64,000 nucleotides of DNA, taken from NCBI GenBank assembly GCA_004764695.1, contig SMSO01000032.1, positions 8,898,483 to 8,962,482 of the forward strand. The letters are read 5' to 3'. Position numbers and translations under genes: made by a program. Of the stretch, positions 10,987-22,501 are shown piece by piece (the first letter of the stretch is position 1; each line of letters opens with the position of its first letter). The notes beneath the pieces are model-generated. The model was not told where the DNA came from and searched no databases. It worked only from the letters and a program-made list of their open reading frames with translations. Source of the stretch: Schizochytrium sp. TIO01. Its lineage: Eukaryota > Protista > Bigyra: Labyrinthulomycetes.

Positions 10987-13900
10987 ATGGCGTCAGGCGC
11001 GATGGCCGCTGTGCTGAGCGACCTTCAGCAGTTCGCGCGCGCGTTGGAGAATGGCGCCTTTGAAGACGGCGTGGCAATCATGACGGCACTAATCACGCAG
11101 GACCCTCGTCGTGCGAAATTCTTTGCTTACCGTGCAAAAGCTTTGCTGCTCATGGGCAGGCTCGACGACGCCCTCTCAGATGCAGCGCAGGCTCTTAAAA
11201 GAGACCCAAACCTTGCGCTCGCTAACCTGTGCAAAGGCTGCGCTCTTGTGGGACTCGGCACTGCCACAGGTAATACTGCAATGCTCCGTAGCGGTGCCGC
11301 AGCCATGCAAACCGCCAGGAAAGAAGATCCTCGTGTTGAGCACCAAGCTGTCTTCAAAGCCTTCGAGGCAACGCTCCAGGACCACATGGCGCGCGGAAAT
11401 CAGCAAGCAAGAACCTCCGTAGCGCAGAATGACTTCGGTGTAAGGATACCAGCCGCCGCTACTACCGCAGGAGCGTCGACACTCATGTCTCAATCGACCG
11501 CCTCATCAACGATATCGACAGTGACAATGGCAGCGCAAGCGGTGTTGGAAAAACGAGGGGAAGATGGGAAAGAACCACAAGCGATGTTAAAGATAAAAAA
11601 TAGGGGCTCTGCAAAAATGTTTGCGCAAGGAAGTCTTGAAAAGGATGAAAAAGAGCAAAGAGAGGCGGAATTTGCATGGAAAGCTGCAATGCAAATGGTG
11701 AGACCAAAGGCCCTAGAGGAGGAAATGCTGTGGCTCACGAGCGACGTGCTGCTGGCGAGTGCAGCATTGACACGTGGTAGTATGAGATCGGTAGATGGAG
11801 CTCGCGAGTTCGAGGTGACGGCACTCATAAGGGACAGACGTTCGCTGGAGGACGGAAGACGTATGGTGGCGATGCTTATGGGAAGCGTGAAGGAACCAGC
11901 ACTCAAAGCAAATGCAAGCTTGGGATTCTCGAAACTGCAATTCTTTGTGCACAAAGCGACTGCAACCCGCATGTTGCAAGCTTGTCTCAGGTCGTTCCTT
12001 GCTGTCCTTCGTGAGGATGCTCTGGTAGAGTCATATGAAGATTATGTGGCCAATGCACAACAGACAGTCTTTACTTTGCTTAGCCAGGGCGATACAGCGT
12101 TGTCACTAAAGCAAGGTTCCTGTACAAAACTTGCGCTGCGCATCATCGCGTCATGTCTCGCCTCCTCTGTACCCAAAGAAGCCGTAATTCTGCTTGGTTT
12201 GCGGTTACAACTACAGCACCGTTACCGTCACTACGTCTCATCATCACCATCAGTATCCTTATTGCCAGATTTCTCTTCAGCAACACCACACCGTTCTTTT
12301 GCAAAGAACAATGAAAAGACTGCGCAGCCTTCTCCTGCAAATGTCGAGGGGGATTCTCCCAAGTGGGACAGCCTGCTGCAAGAAATTGACATGAGCCTCG
12401 AACCTTATATTGACCTTGAAGCTATGCGGGCTTGCGATGAGGTCATTGACTTCCACGAGCACTGGACAGGCGCACCACCATGGCTAGGCGGTGTTGACTT
12501 CACATCTGACAAGGAGCGCATACATTTCGAAAACCTCACAAAACAAGCGCAAGCTACACTCGCTGCGAGTATGTCTGAAGACCAAGACTACAATCCTTCC
12601 GCAGATGCTACAGCAAGTGATGATTTGGAAGCTGCATTTGCATACACTAAAGTCATTGATGTGGAAACAGGGTATGGCCCCTGGAGCCTTGTGCCGTGGC
12701 ACAGAGCAACGTCAGCGCAATCTGAGTTACCGCCAGAGCCTCGTCATGATGTTTCCCGGGGATCAACTTCATTATCTGACTTGACATCTGAGAGCAAGAA
12801 ATCTGACGAGGATTTTTCTGAGAGTGAGCTTGCGAATGCCAAACTTGTAGAGCGTTTGGCTGAAGCCTGGAGCCAGTTGACTAATAGCAATGAAAGGGAT
12901 CGCCTGCGGAGCTTTAGCATGGAAGACCTGCAACAGGCTTCACAAGCTCTCCGCGGAGAGATCCCTGGCCGCCCTCTCGATTGCGAGGAGTTACTACGTG
13001 AAATGCTGCCAGATTCAAGCAGCGTTTTGCGAACGACAGCTCCTTATAATATATTCACTCTTGCTTATGAAACTCCATCTACGGCAAAACAGGAGACCTT
13101 AGAGCGATTAATTGGAGAACTTCGTGAGGTATTCTCAAGAGTGAATTTTGGGAAGCTAAATGCGTCTACTCTGTCAGCTCAGCAACTAGGGCGCCCCCTT
13201 CGCTTGCCATCTCCATCTGGAACGCATCCGACGCCGCTTCTGGAGACAGATGCAGGTAAAACTTGGAAGCGCGTATTGAATGAATTTGCAGAAGCTGAAA
13301 ATAGGCTTCGTGTAGCTAGCAAGGCAATTACCTCATCTGCAGCCAAAACTACAGTAGCACCTGCTTCAAGTTCATCTTTGCAAAACCAATCTACCCTGAG
13401 TAATTTAGAGCAACTGTCTACCTTGCCATCTCTCGATGAACGCCTCATTCCTTGCAGCGCTTTCCCCCCGGGTCTTTGTGTCTTGGTTGATCTCGCTAAG
13501 GGGTACCCACTGTACGGCTATGAACCTTATTGCGGCGGAGAGATGCTTGAAGAAGAAGCTTACTTTGTCATGCGGCCGCGTCACGACTCATCTTCATCTT
13601 CAAATCCCTCTTCCGCCTCCTCTGCCGAGATTCCATCCTCACTTGCTTTCGCAGAAGGCTGGTTGGTGAGCAAGCGGTGTGCATCCGCGTGTTTCTCCGA
13701 GCGAAACCTTATACCTGTCTATTTGGGTGCTGTACCGATTCGATGTGAGTGTGGACTGTATGGCGTGGAGGGTTGCTCTTTAGACCTTGCTCCGGCAGGG
13801 CACTCTACGAGTTCCTGGCTTCCTGAGCTCAAACTAAAATCTAGCTCGACGAGCGTACCAAATTCAGCAATGGCTCCATCTTCCTCTGCGATCTCTAATG

Positions 13901-16900
13901 CTTCCTCAAAGCGTCAAGTTGTCATGTATGTTGACAACTTTTTGGACACCGTTTCCCGTAGAGTGAAGAACGCTAGCAAACGGAAAAAACGCGTGACGGT
14001 GGACAACGAAACCAGCTCAACGAATACTTCGCATATTTCGCTGGACTTGGAGGGGACAAAGGACTTCAACTCATCGAATAGGCACGTTCACTCAGCAGTT
14101 TATAGACCCGCAGGATGTGCAGAGGCAAGTCCTCATTGCGGTGGTTGTCATTTCTCGTCCGGCACAGAAAGGGAGACAGCCTATCAGCCTCTAGCCGCAA
14201 AAGTGGCTTCTAACCATAATCAGGAGACCAATGATCTAGCGTTTTTCAAGCGTCTTTTGCATCTTGCGCAGATTGGCCCCGCTCTCGCAAATGAACTCCA
14301 GCATGAACTCCATCGAGGCAGGGATCTTTTGCAGGGATATGCAGCCAAACGCGATGAGGTCTTTGCGCAAGGAGAACGCCTTTTTAATCTTATGAATATG
14401 GTGACGTATCTTCAGGCGCTCGAAAAAATGCATCAAGAGACGCAGAATCTTGCTCTTCGTCATATTGACGGACCCAAGTCTAGTCTTCAATCTTCTTCTC
14501 GGGGAGCTAAAGAGAATATTGAACACTCTCAAGCTGCAAGTATGATATTCACTCGCTTTATTGACTGTGTGAGTAAGCTTTGTCAGAGCATGAATGCAGT
14601 TGAACGCGTATCAAATTCACTATTGGAGGTTACAATGGATAGTCCCATGCAAACTATGCGATTTCAAGCAAGCTTGAAACGCTGTCAAGCGCACGGACGC
14701 GTCAGCGAGGCCTCGACTAATACTAGCAATTCAAACTTAGCTTCACGCACTGATGATATCAATGGTGGTAGCAAGGCTAGTGAAACCTTTTTGCCATCTG
14801 CAGTAGAAGTATCAAAAGGAGAACCAACAAAGCAGCTAGCAGGAGGGGCGAGTGTACTAAATGCCCTAGTTTCACGCGCAGCTTCAGCCGGGAAGTCTGC
14901 TCGAGAAGATATGGTGGTAGAGGAATCCTCACTTCGCTCAGCACTGGCAGCTCAGCAAGCTTTAGAGCTCTTCTCCCATGAGTTTCTTGCGCCCGTGAGC
15001 AGACTCGCAGAGGAAATTTGCGTAGCAGCAGCGGTGAACCCCTACGAGAATTTCGAATCTGATGCTACAAAGTCAATAACATGCGAGAAACAACACATCA
15101 ATACCAGGGACTTATTTACTGATAATACTCCTGGGGATGTTCGAGATGCTTCTGATGCTAAGAAAGCAGACGCTAATGAATCCCTTGCCGAAACTTGGGA
15201 TAGCTGGCGGGAAGATATTAATGATTGCTTACAAGGTGTTGTAGAAACTCACGAGCTTCGCACAATGATGTGGAAACAAGAGCAGTTTACAATGGGTAAA
15301 CCAGCATCTGAATTACATCACCAGGAAGCAAGGCGGATTCTGAAAACTGCAGCAGAGTTGTATCCTTCTCCAACCATTGCTCATGAGCTTCCATCCTCAC
15401 ATCGTGAGAAAATCATTACACTCTTGCAATCAGCGGCTGATACACTAGCTGTTGCATCACAAGTCAGTCAAATTCGAGCAGGTTCAGCGTCACCTGAAAC
15501 TGGTTGGAACGCTCGCTCTGCTGATGAACAGGTTCTTTCAAGTGTACGCACCTTATACAAAGACCAACTCTCACTTTTGGGTAAAACAGCAATTCTTGAT
15601 AGAGACATAGGTCATTATGTGCAAAAGAACTTCTCGAGTGAGGAAGATTTGGAACACATTGGAGAGCTTGTTGCTGCTACACAACAACGTCTAAGTGCAG
15701 CTCGTAGTGATTTTGCTGACTCCTCAAGAGCGCTCGGAAACCTCGAGCGATCTCTGCGCTGTAATTTGACTATGAGATGTCAATTCTTCACAGCAACTAT
15801 TGCTCAGCTTTTGATTTCACGGCTAGAGACAGTTGCGCGCGAGACTGCTGCGCATGCTAAACAGTATGAGTCATTATTAAAGGAGGTCGAAAGGGGCTCA
15901 TCAGAATCTGCAAAAGCTTCACAAGTGTCGAATACATCCACCTCTGCTGCTTCTTCAACGACTAATAAGCAAAATACCTTAGGTGGAGCACAAAAGTCAA
16001 GAAAGTCAAAAAGCAAGAAAAACAAGAAAAAGTCCGCATGCTCGAGTCAGACGTTGCGTGAAAAGGCTACTTCGCCAAGTCCTGAGGATGATAACTTGCA
16101 AGACTCAGCACCGGTTTCAGCCCCTGATACAAATGTTGATTTAAATGTCTTCTCAAATACACAGAGTACAAGGAGTGGCACATCTGTGAATGAGGTCCAA
16201 AGCATGAGAAAAGCCGAATCGATGTCCTCACTTGTCCTTGATTCTGTGCCAGAAGAACAAAACATAAAGGTTGAGTCTATGGAATCGCCGATGGACTCAA
16301 AGGAGGAGTTTTCTCTCCATGTTAAACCAGACCTTCCTGAAGCAGACGTCTATGTCTCGGAAGACTGGACCACCGTTGTTAAATCCCGTTCTAAAAAAGT
16401 ACAACAGAAAGAGCAACAGGAGCATTACCGTCAACAGCAGTCATCACAACATAAGAAGAGTAATAAGACTATGCATGGAGGAACAGCCGATTCTGGGGTA
16501 TCTTCCCCAAGTTCGATTTTGGTCCCATCCCCTACTCACACAAATGAGCAAAAGAAGAGGAAAAATAAAAAGGGGAAACCTGTGAATACGACAACAAACT
16601 CCAAGAACAACAAATTGGGAAACATTTCAAATACAACTCCTGCTGCCTCTGCTGCCTCTGCTGCTACCGTTACCCCTGCTACTACTAGTACTACTACTAC
16701 TGCTGATGGAGTTGTCGCTCGTGACGATAAGAGCGCCACCAATCGATACGATAAACCATCTCAATCACAAATGAGGAGTTCAACTCAGGAGACCACCGTT
16801 CCCCTTCCTAGCTCTGAGTCAAATGATAAGCTCAGAGACGTTTCGACTTCCAAGACTTCACGAAATCAAGGCGAAGAAATCACAATGAATGAGTTAGGCA

Positions 16901-18570
16901 ATGTCGTTTCTTCTATTGCAATCAACAACAAGTCTTTGACTTCACCGATCAATGGTTATGACGAAGCCTCCGAGCCTGCCACTTCATCTTTGACTGACTC
17001 AAAACAGTCGAAACAAAAGCACCCCACATCGGTCGCTTCGAACGAGTTTAACAACGGAACTAGGTCGAAAGTTGAGGATTCGGTTGTTGGAGGGGTTCCA
17101 ACAACCGCTTTGAATTCTGCTGAGGTTTCCTCACTACATCAGTCTAATATCTCTACTGAGAAAATTGATCATGAAAAATCAGACTCTACCTCAAAGACAA
17201 AGAAAACCAAGAAGAGCAGGAAGAAGAGACTTCCAACTTCCTCAGCGGAAGCAAATGTTCCTGTCATCGATCCCATGGACCAAGCTGACGTTGGTGACGA
17301 GGCAGTTGCTATAGATAATGTTGCATCTGTCTTAACGCCTGCGCCTGCTGACGTTGCATCACTTTGTGATGACGAAAATGACAAATGTGGTAAGGAAAAT
17401 GTCGAAACTATTTCTCGAAATCCGGAGGATAGTGACCACGTATTAGCAGTTAGTGCCCGGTCATCTTCGGCCCTTCCATCAGTGTCTAATATTTGCCGGC
17501 CGTTCTTGCAGGGACACTGCAAAGAGGGTGGCAAGTGCCTATTACGGCACGTGACTCCTCTTGAACTTCATGATGAAATGGTTGCTTGGGAATCGAGCTC
17601 AAAGACCGCAGATCAGAAGCCAGGTACCGATAAGAACGGGAGATATCATTCTGAAAACTTAGATAAAATGCAAGAGTTACCACCCGAGTTTCACCCTGCA
17701 ACGAATATTTCACCTCAAGTCCCAACTGCCCCACCTTCTGTAACTTATGGTATTCCATATAACCAAATGCCGATGCCTCAAATGTTTCCTGGTATGCCAG
17801 TGCCTCCACAATTCCCGGGTGGATGGCAAAATGCACAGCCATACTACTACCATTCTGGGATGCTTCACCCCCCAACAGCGCCTCATCATATGATGCAAAT
17901 GCATAGTTCTCCTTATCCGTCAAGGTTTGCAGAAAATAATTCATCAGAGGCACCCTCAACCCTCAACGAGTCGCATTTAGCAGAGAATGGTGCCGAGGAC
18001 GTGCCATCTGTGGGCTTGGTGCCTGAAAACAGCGCTGACGAAGAGGATGACGGTCAGAGTGGACATCTTTCAGATTATGATGAAGGCGCTACACCGCATA
18101 CGGTGGAGTCTTCTGCATCTGGTGATAATAATGATAACGTGGATGATCCAAAAGATGGTGATAATAAGTTTCGTGAAAAAGAAGAACTTTCCGCAAACTT
18201 CCAGGGATTTGGTTATGGTCCCGGCCCTGAGGCGTTCCCACACGCCCATGGACAACCTGCTCCACTCCACCCGATGTATTTTCCTTTGACGTACCCCATG
18301 CCAGGTCCTTATTTCCCTCAAGGAATGCAACCCCCGCACCTACCCCTGCACCCACACTCGCATATGATGATGCATATGGGTCTACCTCACCCAGGAATGG
18401 CTATGCAACACATACCACCACCAGCAGCAGCAGCAGCAGCAGCACCCCTACCCCCTCCCCCAATGCATCTTATGCAACAACAAATGCCTCAACAAATGCA
18501 ACAGCCGATAAAGCAACATGTGCAAGACGAAGCAGGGAGCTCGTCAACAAATGACCAGAGTGATGTCTGA
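10987..18570 (+). CDS. 2527-aa intronless protein: N-terminal TPRs, helical middle, low-complexity region, CCCH zinc finger, Pro/Gln/Met-rich tail
   Basis: Single 7.6-kb ORF with a GCCGCCATGG start context. TPR-like FFAYRAKALLLMGRLDDALSDAAQALKRDPNLALANLCKGCAL. C-x7-C-x5-C-x3-H finger CRPFLQGHCKEGGKCLLRH at about 17494-17550. Confidence 0.88.
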   Translation: MASGAMAAVLSDLQQFARALENGAFEDGVAIMTALITQDPRRAKFFAYRAKALLLMGRLDDALSDAAQALKRDPNLALANLCKGCALVGLGTATGNTAMLRSGAAAMQTARKEDPRVEHQAVFKAFEATLQDHMARGNQQARTSVAQNDFGVRIPAAATTAGASTLMSQSTASSTISTVTMAAQAVLEKRGEDGKEPQAMLKIKNRGSAKMFAQGSLEKDEKEQREAEFAWKAAMQMVRPKALEEEMLWLTSDVLLASAALTRGSMRSVDGAREFEVTALIRDRRSLEDGRRMVAMLMGSVKEPALKANASLGFSKLQFFVHKATATRMLQACLRSFLAVLREDALVESYEDYVANAQQTVFTLLSQGDTALSLKQGSCTKLALRIIASCLASSVPKEAVILLGLRLQLQHRYRHYVSSSPSVSLLPDFSSATPHRSFAKNNEKTAQPSPANVEGDSPKWDSLLQEIDMSLEPYIDLEAMRACDEVIDFHEHWTGAPPWLGGVDFTSDKERIHFENLTKQAQATLAASMSEDQDYNPSADATASDDLEAAFAYTKVIDVETGYGPWSLVPWHRATSAQSELPPEPRHDVSRGSTSLSDLTSESKKSDEDFSESELANAKLVERLAEAWSQLTNSNERDRLRSFSMEDLQQASQALRGEIPGRPLDCEELLREMLPDSSSVLRTTAPYNIFTLAYETPSTAKQETLERLIGELREVFSRVNFGKLNASTLSAQQLGRPLRLPSPSGTHPTPLLETDAGKTWKRVLNEFAEAENRLRVASKAITSSAAKTTVAPASSSSLQNQSTLSNLEQLSTLPSLDERLIPCSAFPPGLCVLVDLAKGYPLYGYEPYCGGEMLEEEAYFVMRPRHDSSSSSNPSSASSAEIPSSLAFAEGWLVSKRCASACFSERNLIPVYLGAVPIRCECGLYGVEGCSLDLAPAGHSTSSWLPELKLKSSSTSVPNSAMAPSSSAISNASSKRQVVMYVDNFLDTVSRRVKNASKRKKRVTVDNETSSTNTSHISLDLEGTKDFNSSNRHVHSAVYRPAGCAEASPHCGGCHFSSGTERETAYQPLAAKVASNHNQETNDLAFFKRLLHLAQIGPALANELQHELHRGRDLLQGYAAKRDEVFAQGERLFNLMNMVTYLQALEKMHQETQNLALRHIDGPKSSLQSSSRGAKENIEHSQAASMIFTRFIDCVSKLCQSMNAVERVSNSLLEVTMDSPMQTMRFQASLKRCQAHGRVSEASTNTSNSNLASRTDDINGGSKASETFLPSAVEVSKGEPTKQLAGGASVLNALVSRAASAGKSAREDMVVEESSLRSALAAQQALELFSHEFLAPVSRLAEEICVAAAVNPYENFESDATKSITCEKQHINTRDLFTDNTPGDVRDASDAKKADANESLAETWDSWREDINDCLQGVVETHELRTMMWKQEQFTMGKPASELHHQEARRILKTAAELYPSPTIAHELPSSHREKIITLLQSAADTLAVASQVSQIRAGSASPETGWNARSADEQVLSSVRTLYKDQLSLLGKTAILDRDIGHYVQKNFSSEEDLEHIGELVAATQQRLSAARSDFADSSRALGNLERSLRCNLTMRCQFFTATIAQLLISRLETVARETAAHAKQYESLLKEVERGSSESAKASQVSNTSTSAASSTTNKQNTLGGAQKSRKSKSKKNKKKSACSSQTLREKATSPSPEDDNLQDSAPVSAPDTNVDLNVFSNTQSTRSGTSVNEVQSMRKAESMSSLVLDSVPEEQNIKVESMESPMDSKEEFSLHVKPDLPEADVYVSEDWTTVVKSRSKKVQQKEQQEHYRQQQSSQHKKSNKTMHGGTADSGVSSPSSILVPSPTHTNEQKKRKNKKGKPVNTTTNSKNNKLGNISNTTPAASAASAATVTPATTSTTTTADGVVARDDKSATNRYDKPSQSQMRSSTQETTVPLPSSESNDKLRDVSTSKTSRNQGEEITMNELGNVVSSIAINNKSLTSPINGYDEASEPATSSLTDSKQSKQKHPTSVASNEFNNGTRSKVEDSVVGGVPTTALNSAEVSSLHQSNISTEKIDHEKSDSTSKTKKTKKSRKKRLPTSSAEANVPVIDPMDQADVGDEAVAIDNVASVLTPAPADVASLCDDENDKCGKENVETISRNPEDSDHVLAVSARSSSALPSVSNICRPFLQGHCKEGGKCLLRHVTPLELHDEMVAWESSSKTADQKPGTDKNGRYHSENLDKMQELPPEFHPATNISPQVPTAPPSVTYGIPYNQMPMPQMFPGMPVPPQFPGGWQNAQPYYYHSGMLHPPTAPHHMMQMHSSPYPSRFAENNSSEAPSTLNESHLAENGAEDVPSVGLVPENSADEEDDGQSGHLSDYDEGATPHTVESSASGDNNDNVDDPKDGDNKFREKEELSANFQGFGYGPGPEAFPHAHGQPAPLHPMYFPLTYPMPGPYFPQGMQPPHLPLHPHSHMMMHMGLPHPGMAMQHIPPPAAAAAAAPLPPPPMHLMQQQMPQQMQQPIKQHVQDEAGSSSTNDQSDV

Positions 18571-18847
18571 TCATTGAAAGCATACGCACAGCTCCATCTT
18601 AGGCATCTCGGGCGGAATTGCAGCGTTGCAGATGTAGATTTGCAACTGCATTGTAACATTTTATTTCCTTTCTTGCAGACGGATCAACTGATCCATTGGC
18701 AAGACTCTTAAGTTTTTTCATTTTATCTTTAGGGTGAGCTGATAATGCGTCAATTTATCTTGTGTGAAACCTACTTTGTGAAATGTAGCTCATTCTACAA
18801 GATTATTAAGAAAACAAGGCGCTGCAAACTTCCGGTACTCAAAGTTA

Positions 18848-18850
<3 letters not shown>

Positions 18851-18880
<30 letters not shown>
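18851..18880. repeat. (TA)15 microsatellite
   Basis: Perfect TA dinucleotide run. Confidence 0.95.
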
Positions 18881-18884
<4 letters not shown>

Positions 18885-19807
18885 CGCATGCGTTGATTAA
18901 TTTCACCATTCACCAAAACTTCATTAAAACAAGATGTGACCATGTAGACCTATTGAGTTGAGATTAATCTAAGTAAATATTGCATTTGGTTTAACATGCA
19001 AAATAACACTGACCTTTGTGATATTGTTTGACTGACGTCCCTCCACTTTTCTCGTTGCAATGACTACTGCGCCTTCGGTCGATGCGTCAATGCATTAGAA
19101 AATGAATACGGAGAGTCCGAGTCAGCTTTGAAGGATTTTCAAAGAAAAGGTAAATTGACAAGAGTAGTAGTAGTTCCGATTACCACTATAATCAACAGTA
19201 GGGTGGGTGGAAGTATGTCTGGTTTAAAATGATTATAATTCTGGTTATTTTTTTAAAATTTATAGTTAAAATACATTTGACATAGGTAGGCCTTTTGGTT
19301 GAAAAAAGGAAAAAAATAAAGTACCTTGAAGGTGAGCTCATATGAAAAGTACTCCCCAAAATAAGTTTGACTGTGTTGATTATATCATTTTCAAAAAATG
19401 ACTGACTACTACCAACATAGAGATGCCGCTAAAAAAAAACAAGCTCATTAGAGTGGTCTTTCCCGTGTCAATGAATAACTCAATGCCCATCAACGAAATT
19501 TAGGAGTTTTCGAAATCTTAAATAATCTAAAGAGGGTTTGGAAAATGCCCGACCACCTGAACGAAGGAGTTATTGTTTTTTTCCCATGGCAATGGGCTTC
19601 CTTATTAGCAGTATTTGTAGTAATAAGTATGAACTCTGGTAGTTAGTGAACCAATTGAAAAGTTTTTCTCATCTCAGGAAGAACTCGAGACAAACTGAGA
19701 TTGACAAGCGGCCCGCGCTCGTCGAGAAAGGACGCCTTGGCGCCTGAAAACTCATACACATCAAAGGAGATACACAAAAGGTAGAGGGGACAGGGGCGCA
19801 CATTAAT

Positions 19808-22501
19808 ATGGATAGTTTTCTGTTTGCAGATGGCCGTCATCTAGGTGACACAGAGGATGACGACCCGTGGGACCGCGACAGCAACTCCATTGAGGAAAAC
19901 GAAGTGACTGGCGGCGGAGAGGGCGTGCGGGGATCCCGAAGAAACGATGAAGACCTCGACGAGACTCTTATTGGCGAAAGCCTCTTGGTCAACGTGCCAC
20001 AAAGCAGAGCTGAATCTCCGCCGCCACCCCCTCCTCCGTTGATGTCAAAGGATATGACTGCATCGGACGACAAAGGTGACTCTAAAGGCAGTGTAGACGC
20101 TACCTCGCCCCCACCTCCGCCTCTATTTCCAGATGCAAAATCTGAGAATGGGCCGTCTGCTGTATCAGGAGGATTCAAAGTAGAGGTGATTTCTGAGACT
20201 AAGCCTAGTCCCGGCGCAAAACCCGCATCAGGAAAGACCCCTGCGAAGCGACCGTTCTTAAAGAAGGGAAGCCGGAACTGGGACTGGGCTGCCTCGGCTC
20301 AAAAGCGGAAGGAGAAACAACGCGAGAGAGCTGCTGAGGTGGCCAGTGCACCATCATTTGGAAAGTCGCAGAGTAGAGAAGGTATCCTCAGCGATCCGAA
20401 GCCTCGGCCAAACTCTCTGCCGGAAGACAGTGAAGGGTCGGGCTATCAGCAGTATGGACGTGCATCTGCTTCAACAGCACACTACTCATCCTTCCCTTCT
20501 GATGGAGAAGATCAGCGGTATGAAACTAGCCGAAATTCGACCTCATTCTTTGACGACGCGCTTGTCAAAACACCGCACCAGCAGCAAACAAGCACATCGT
20601 ACTCAGAAATAGGAATGTTGCATGGTGATCACGATATCTCCTCTTATTCTAACATGGATCTAGCGGGTTTCCGGGCATCCTCTTCTTCGTCACCCTTTAG
20701 TGGAATGGAGCATGCGAAACATGCTATCCATGCTTCAGAACATCATGTCAAGGAAGAGCTATCTGATGCGAACGCCTCTATTTCGTGGAGAAAAGGCGCA
20801 GGTTTACAAAATTTAATGATGCAAGGCAGGCAAGGCAGCGATCGTGATGAACTTTGGAATTTTACTCGACATCAAAATAATCTTGGTCAAAATTTTAATG
20901 GAAGAGACCCTTTGTCTCACTATGCCATGAGCTCCCCTTCTGCGGCATGTGTTGGCAGGGACTATGATTCTGCCGACGACGAGTATCATGATAATCTTAA
21001 TTATGCTGCTGGTAATGTGCTAGAGCTATCCGTCGATGGTGACGGCGATAGCAATGCCGAACTTCACGCAACATCAACTTACCAACAGGTACCACAGTCG
21101 CGGCTTGTGCAGCGCATGTTTCGTACTCTTGATCCAGATGTTGCAACTCATGCCGTGGAAGAGGATCCCATTAATACCAACAAACAAGCCACTCGCCAGC
21201 TCGAGGCGAAAACACAAAATCACGAGAGCAAGGCAAATGCTGCATTTGCAGCTAAATTGCAAGAAGAGATGGACCGCTTTAGAGAAACGAATGAGGAACT
21301 AAGAATATCGTTGCAACAACTCGAAATAGACCGTCGAGAGTTAGCTCGGGAGCGCTCGGATCTCGAAAGAGAGAAAAGGCAACTTGGGAAAGAAAGCAAT
21401 GAGCAAATGGAGCAGCTTCGTGCCGAAATACGCAAGGAGCGTGCTCATCTCCAGCGTGAGCGAGTTGCCTTGGAACGCCAAAAGCAACACGTGGAGGTGC
21501 TCCGTGAGACTGTCCGCGTCGAGCGAAAGGATCGCGGGCAGGTTGATTCTTTGCAGGCGACGATTACTCGGATGCGTCTCAATGAGAAAGAAAAGGCTAG
21601 CAAACACAAGGAGGCCCTTCAGAGTAAACGTCAACGTATCACTGATCTTGAACGGGAGGTTGAACAAATGCAAAACGCATTGCGATTTGCTGAAGAGCGG
21701 CGACTTGATCTTTGGGGGCAACTCACCCAAGCTCAGGATCGTCTGGAATCAAGCGAGGCAGATAAGGCACAACTTCGTGGAGAGATATCCTCACTTCGTG
21801 AGGCCCTCTCTGCGCAAGCCCAAATACAGCAGCATCAGAATGTGTTTGAGCAAACTCAGCGTAATCAAGATATTTTGAAAATGCAAAACTCCTCGCTACA
21901 TCATGTTGCAGAACCTGTTTCTGAGCCTGTTCAAGAGGAACCTCCTTACGGAAAGGAAGATGACCCTGAAAAACACAATATAAGATCCGGTCCAAATAAG
22001 TTAGTCGATCAGGCGATCCAACACAAAACGCATAAGCATGAACAAGGTTTAGCTGCAAAACACATGGATTCGAAGCAACAGAGCTTGCCAGAAAAGTCGC
22101 GTCGCAAAATGCGTGTTCACAGCGATGGGTCAAGAACGATTACTTACCCGGACGGCACATTGAAGGAGATCCTCACCTCTGGTGAGCAGACGATTACATT
22201 CCCAAACGGTGATATCAAGAAGAAGATTCCACATGAGGGTATAGAAATATACTATTTCGCAGTGTCTGACATTTCACAAACGACCTACCCGGATGGAATG
22301 GTTGTTTGTGAATTTCCTGATGGTCAAATAGAGCGTAAGCTTGCCTCAGGTGCTCAGGAGGTGTTTTATGTCGATGGCACTGTAAAGACCATTCGCCCAG
22401 ACTCGTCGGAAGAAACTTTATTCCCTGATGGAACAAGAGTAGAAGTATCTGTAGATGGTACACGGCGTGTCACTCGCCCCCCAGCTCTGCAATCTGCGTA
22501 G
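19808..22501 (+). CDS. CENPJ: Centriole protein SAS-4/CPAP (CENPJ) homolog
   Basis: N-terminal KRPFLKKGS motif, central coiled coil, and C-terminal TCP10/G-box Gly-rich beta repeats (ITYPDGTLKE, ITFPNGDIKK, YYFAVSDISQTTYPDG, FPDGQIE). Confidence 0.88.
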   Translation: MDSFLFADGRHLGDTEDDDPWDRDSNSIEENEVTGGGEGVRGSRRNDEDLDETLIGESLLVNVPQSRAESPPPPPPPLMSKDMTASDDKGDSKGSVDATSPPPPPLFPDAKSENGPSAVSGGFKVEVISETKPSPGAKPASGKTPAKRPFLKKGSRNWDWAASAQKRKEKQRERAAEVASAPSFGKSQSREGILSDPKPRPNSLPEDSEGSGYQQYGRASASTAHYSSFPSDGEDQRYETSRNSTSFFDDALVKTPHQQQTSTSYSEIGMLHGDHDISSYSNMDLAGFRASSSSSPFSGMEHAKHAIHASEHHVKEELSDANASISWRKGAGLQNLMMQGRQGSDRDELWNFTRHQNNLGQNFNGRDPLSHYAMSSPSAACVGRDYDSADDEYHDNLNYAAGNVLELSVDGDGDSNAELHATSTYQQVPQSRLVQRMFRTLDPDVATHAVEEDPINTNKQATRQLEAKTQNHESKANAAFAAKLQEEMDRFRETNEELRISLQQLEIDRRELARERSDLEREKRQLGKESNEQMEQLRAEIRKERAHLQRERVALERQKQHVEVLRETVRVERKDRGQVDSLQATITRMRLNEKEKASKHKEALQSKRQRITDLEREVEQMQNALRFAEERRLDLWGQLTQAQDRLESSEADKAQLRGEISSLREALSAQAQIQQHQNVFEQTQRNQDILKMQNSSLHHVAEPVSEPVQEEPPYGKEDDPEKHNIRSGPNKLVDQAIQHKTHKHEQGLAAKHMDSKQQSLPEKSRRKMRVHSDGSRTITYPDGTLKEILTSGEQTITFPNGDIKKKIPHEGIEIYYFAVSDISQTTYPDGMVVCEFPDGQIERKLASGAQEVFYVDGTVKTIRPDSSEETLFPDGTRVEVSVDGTRRVTRPPALQSA

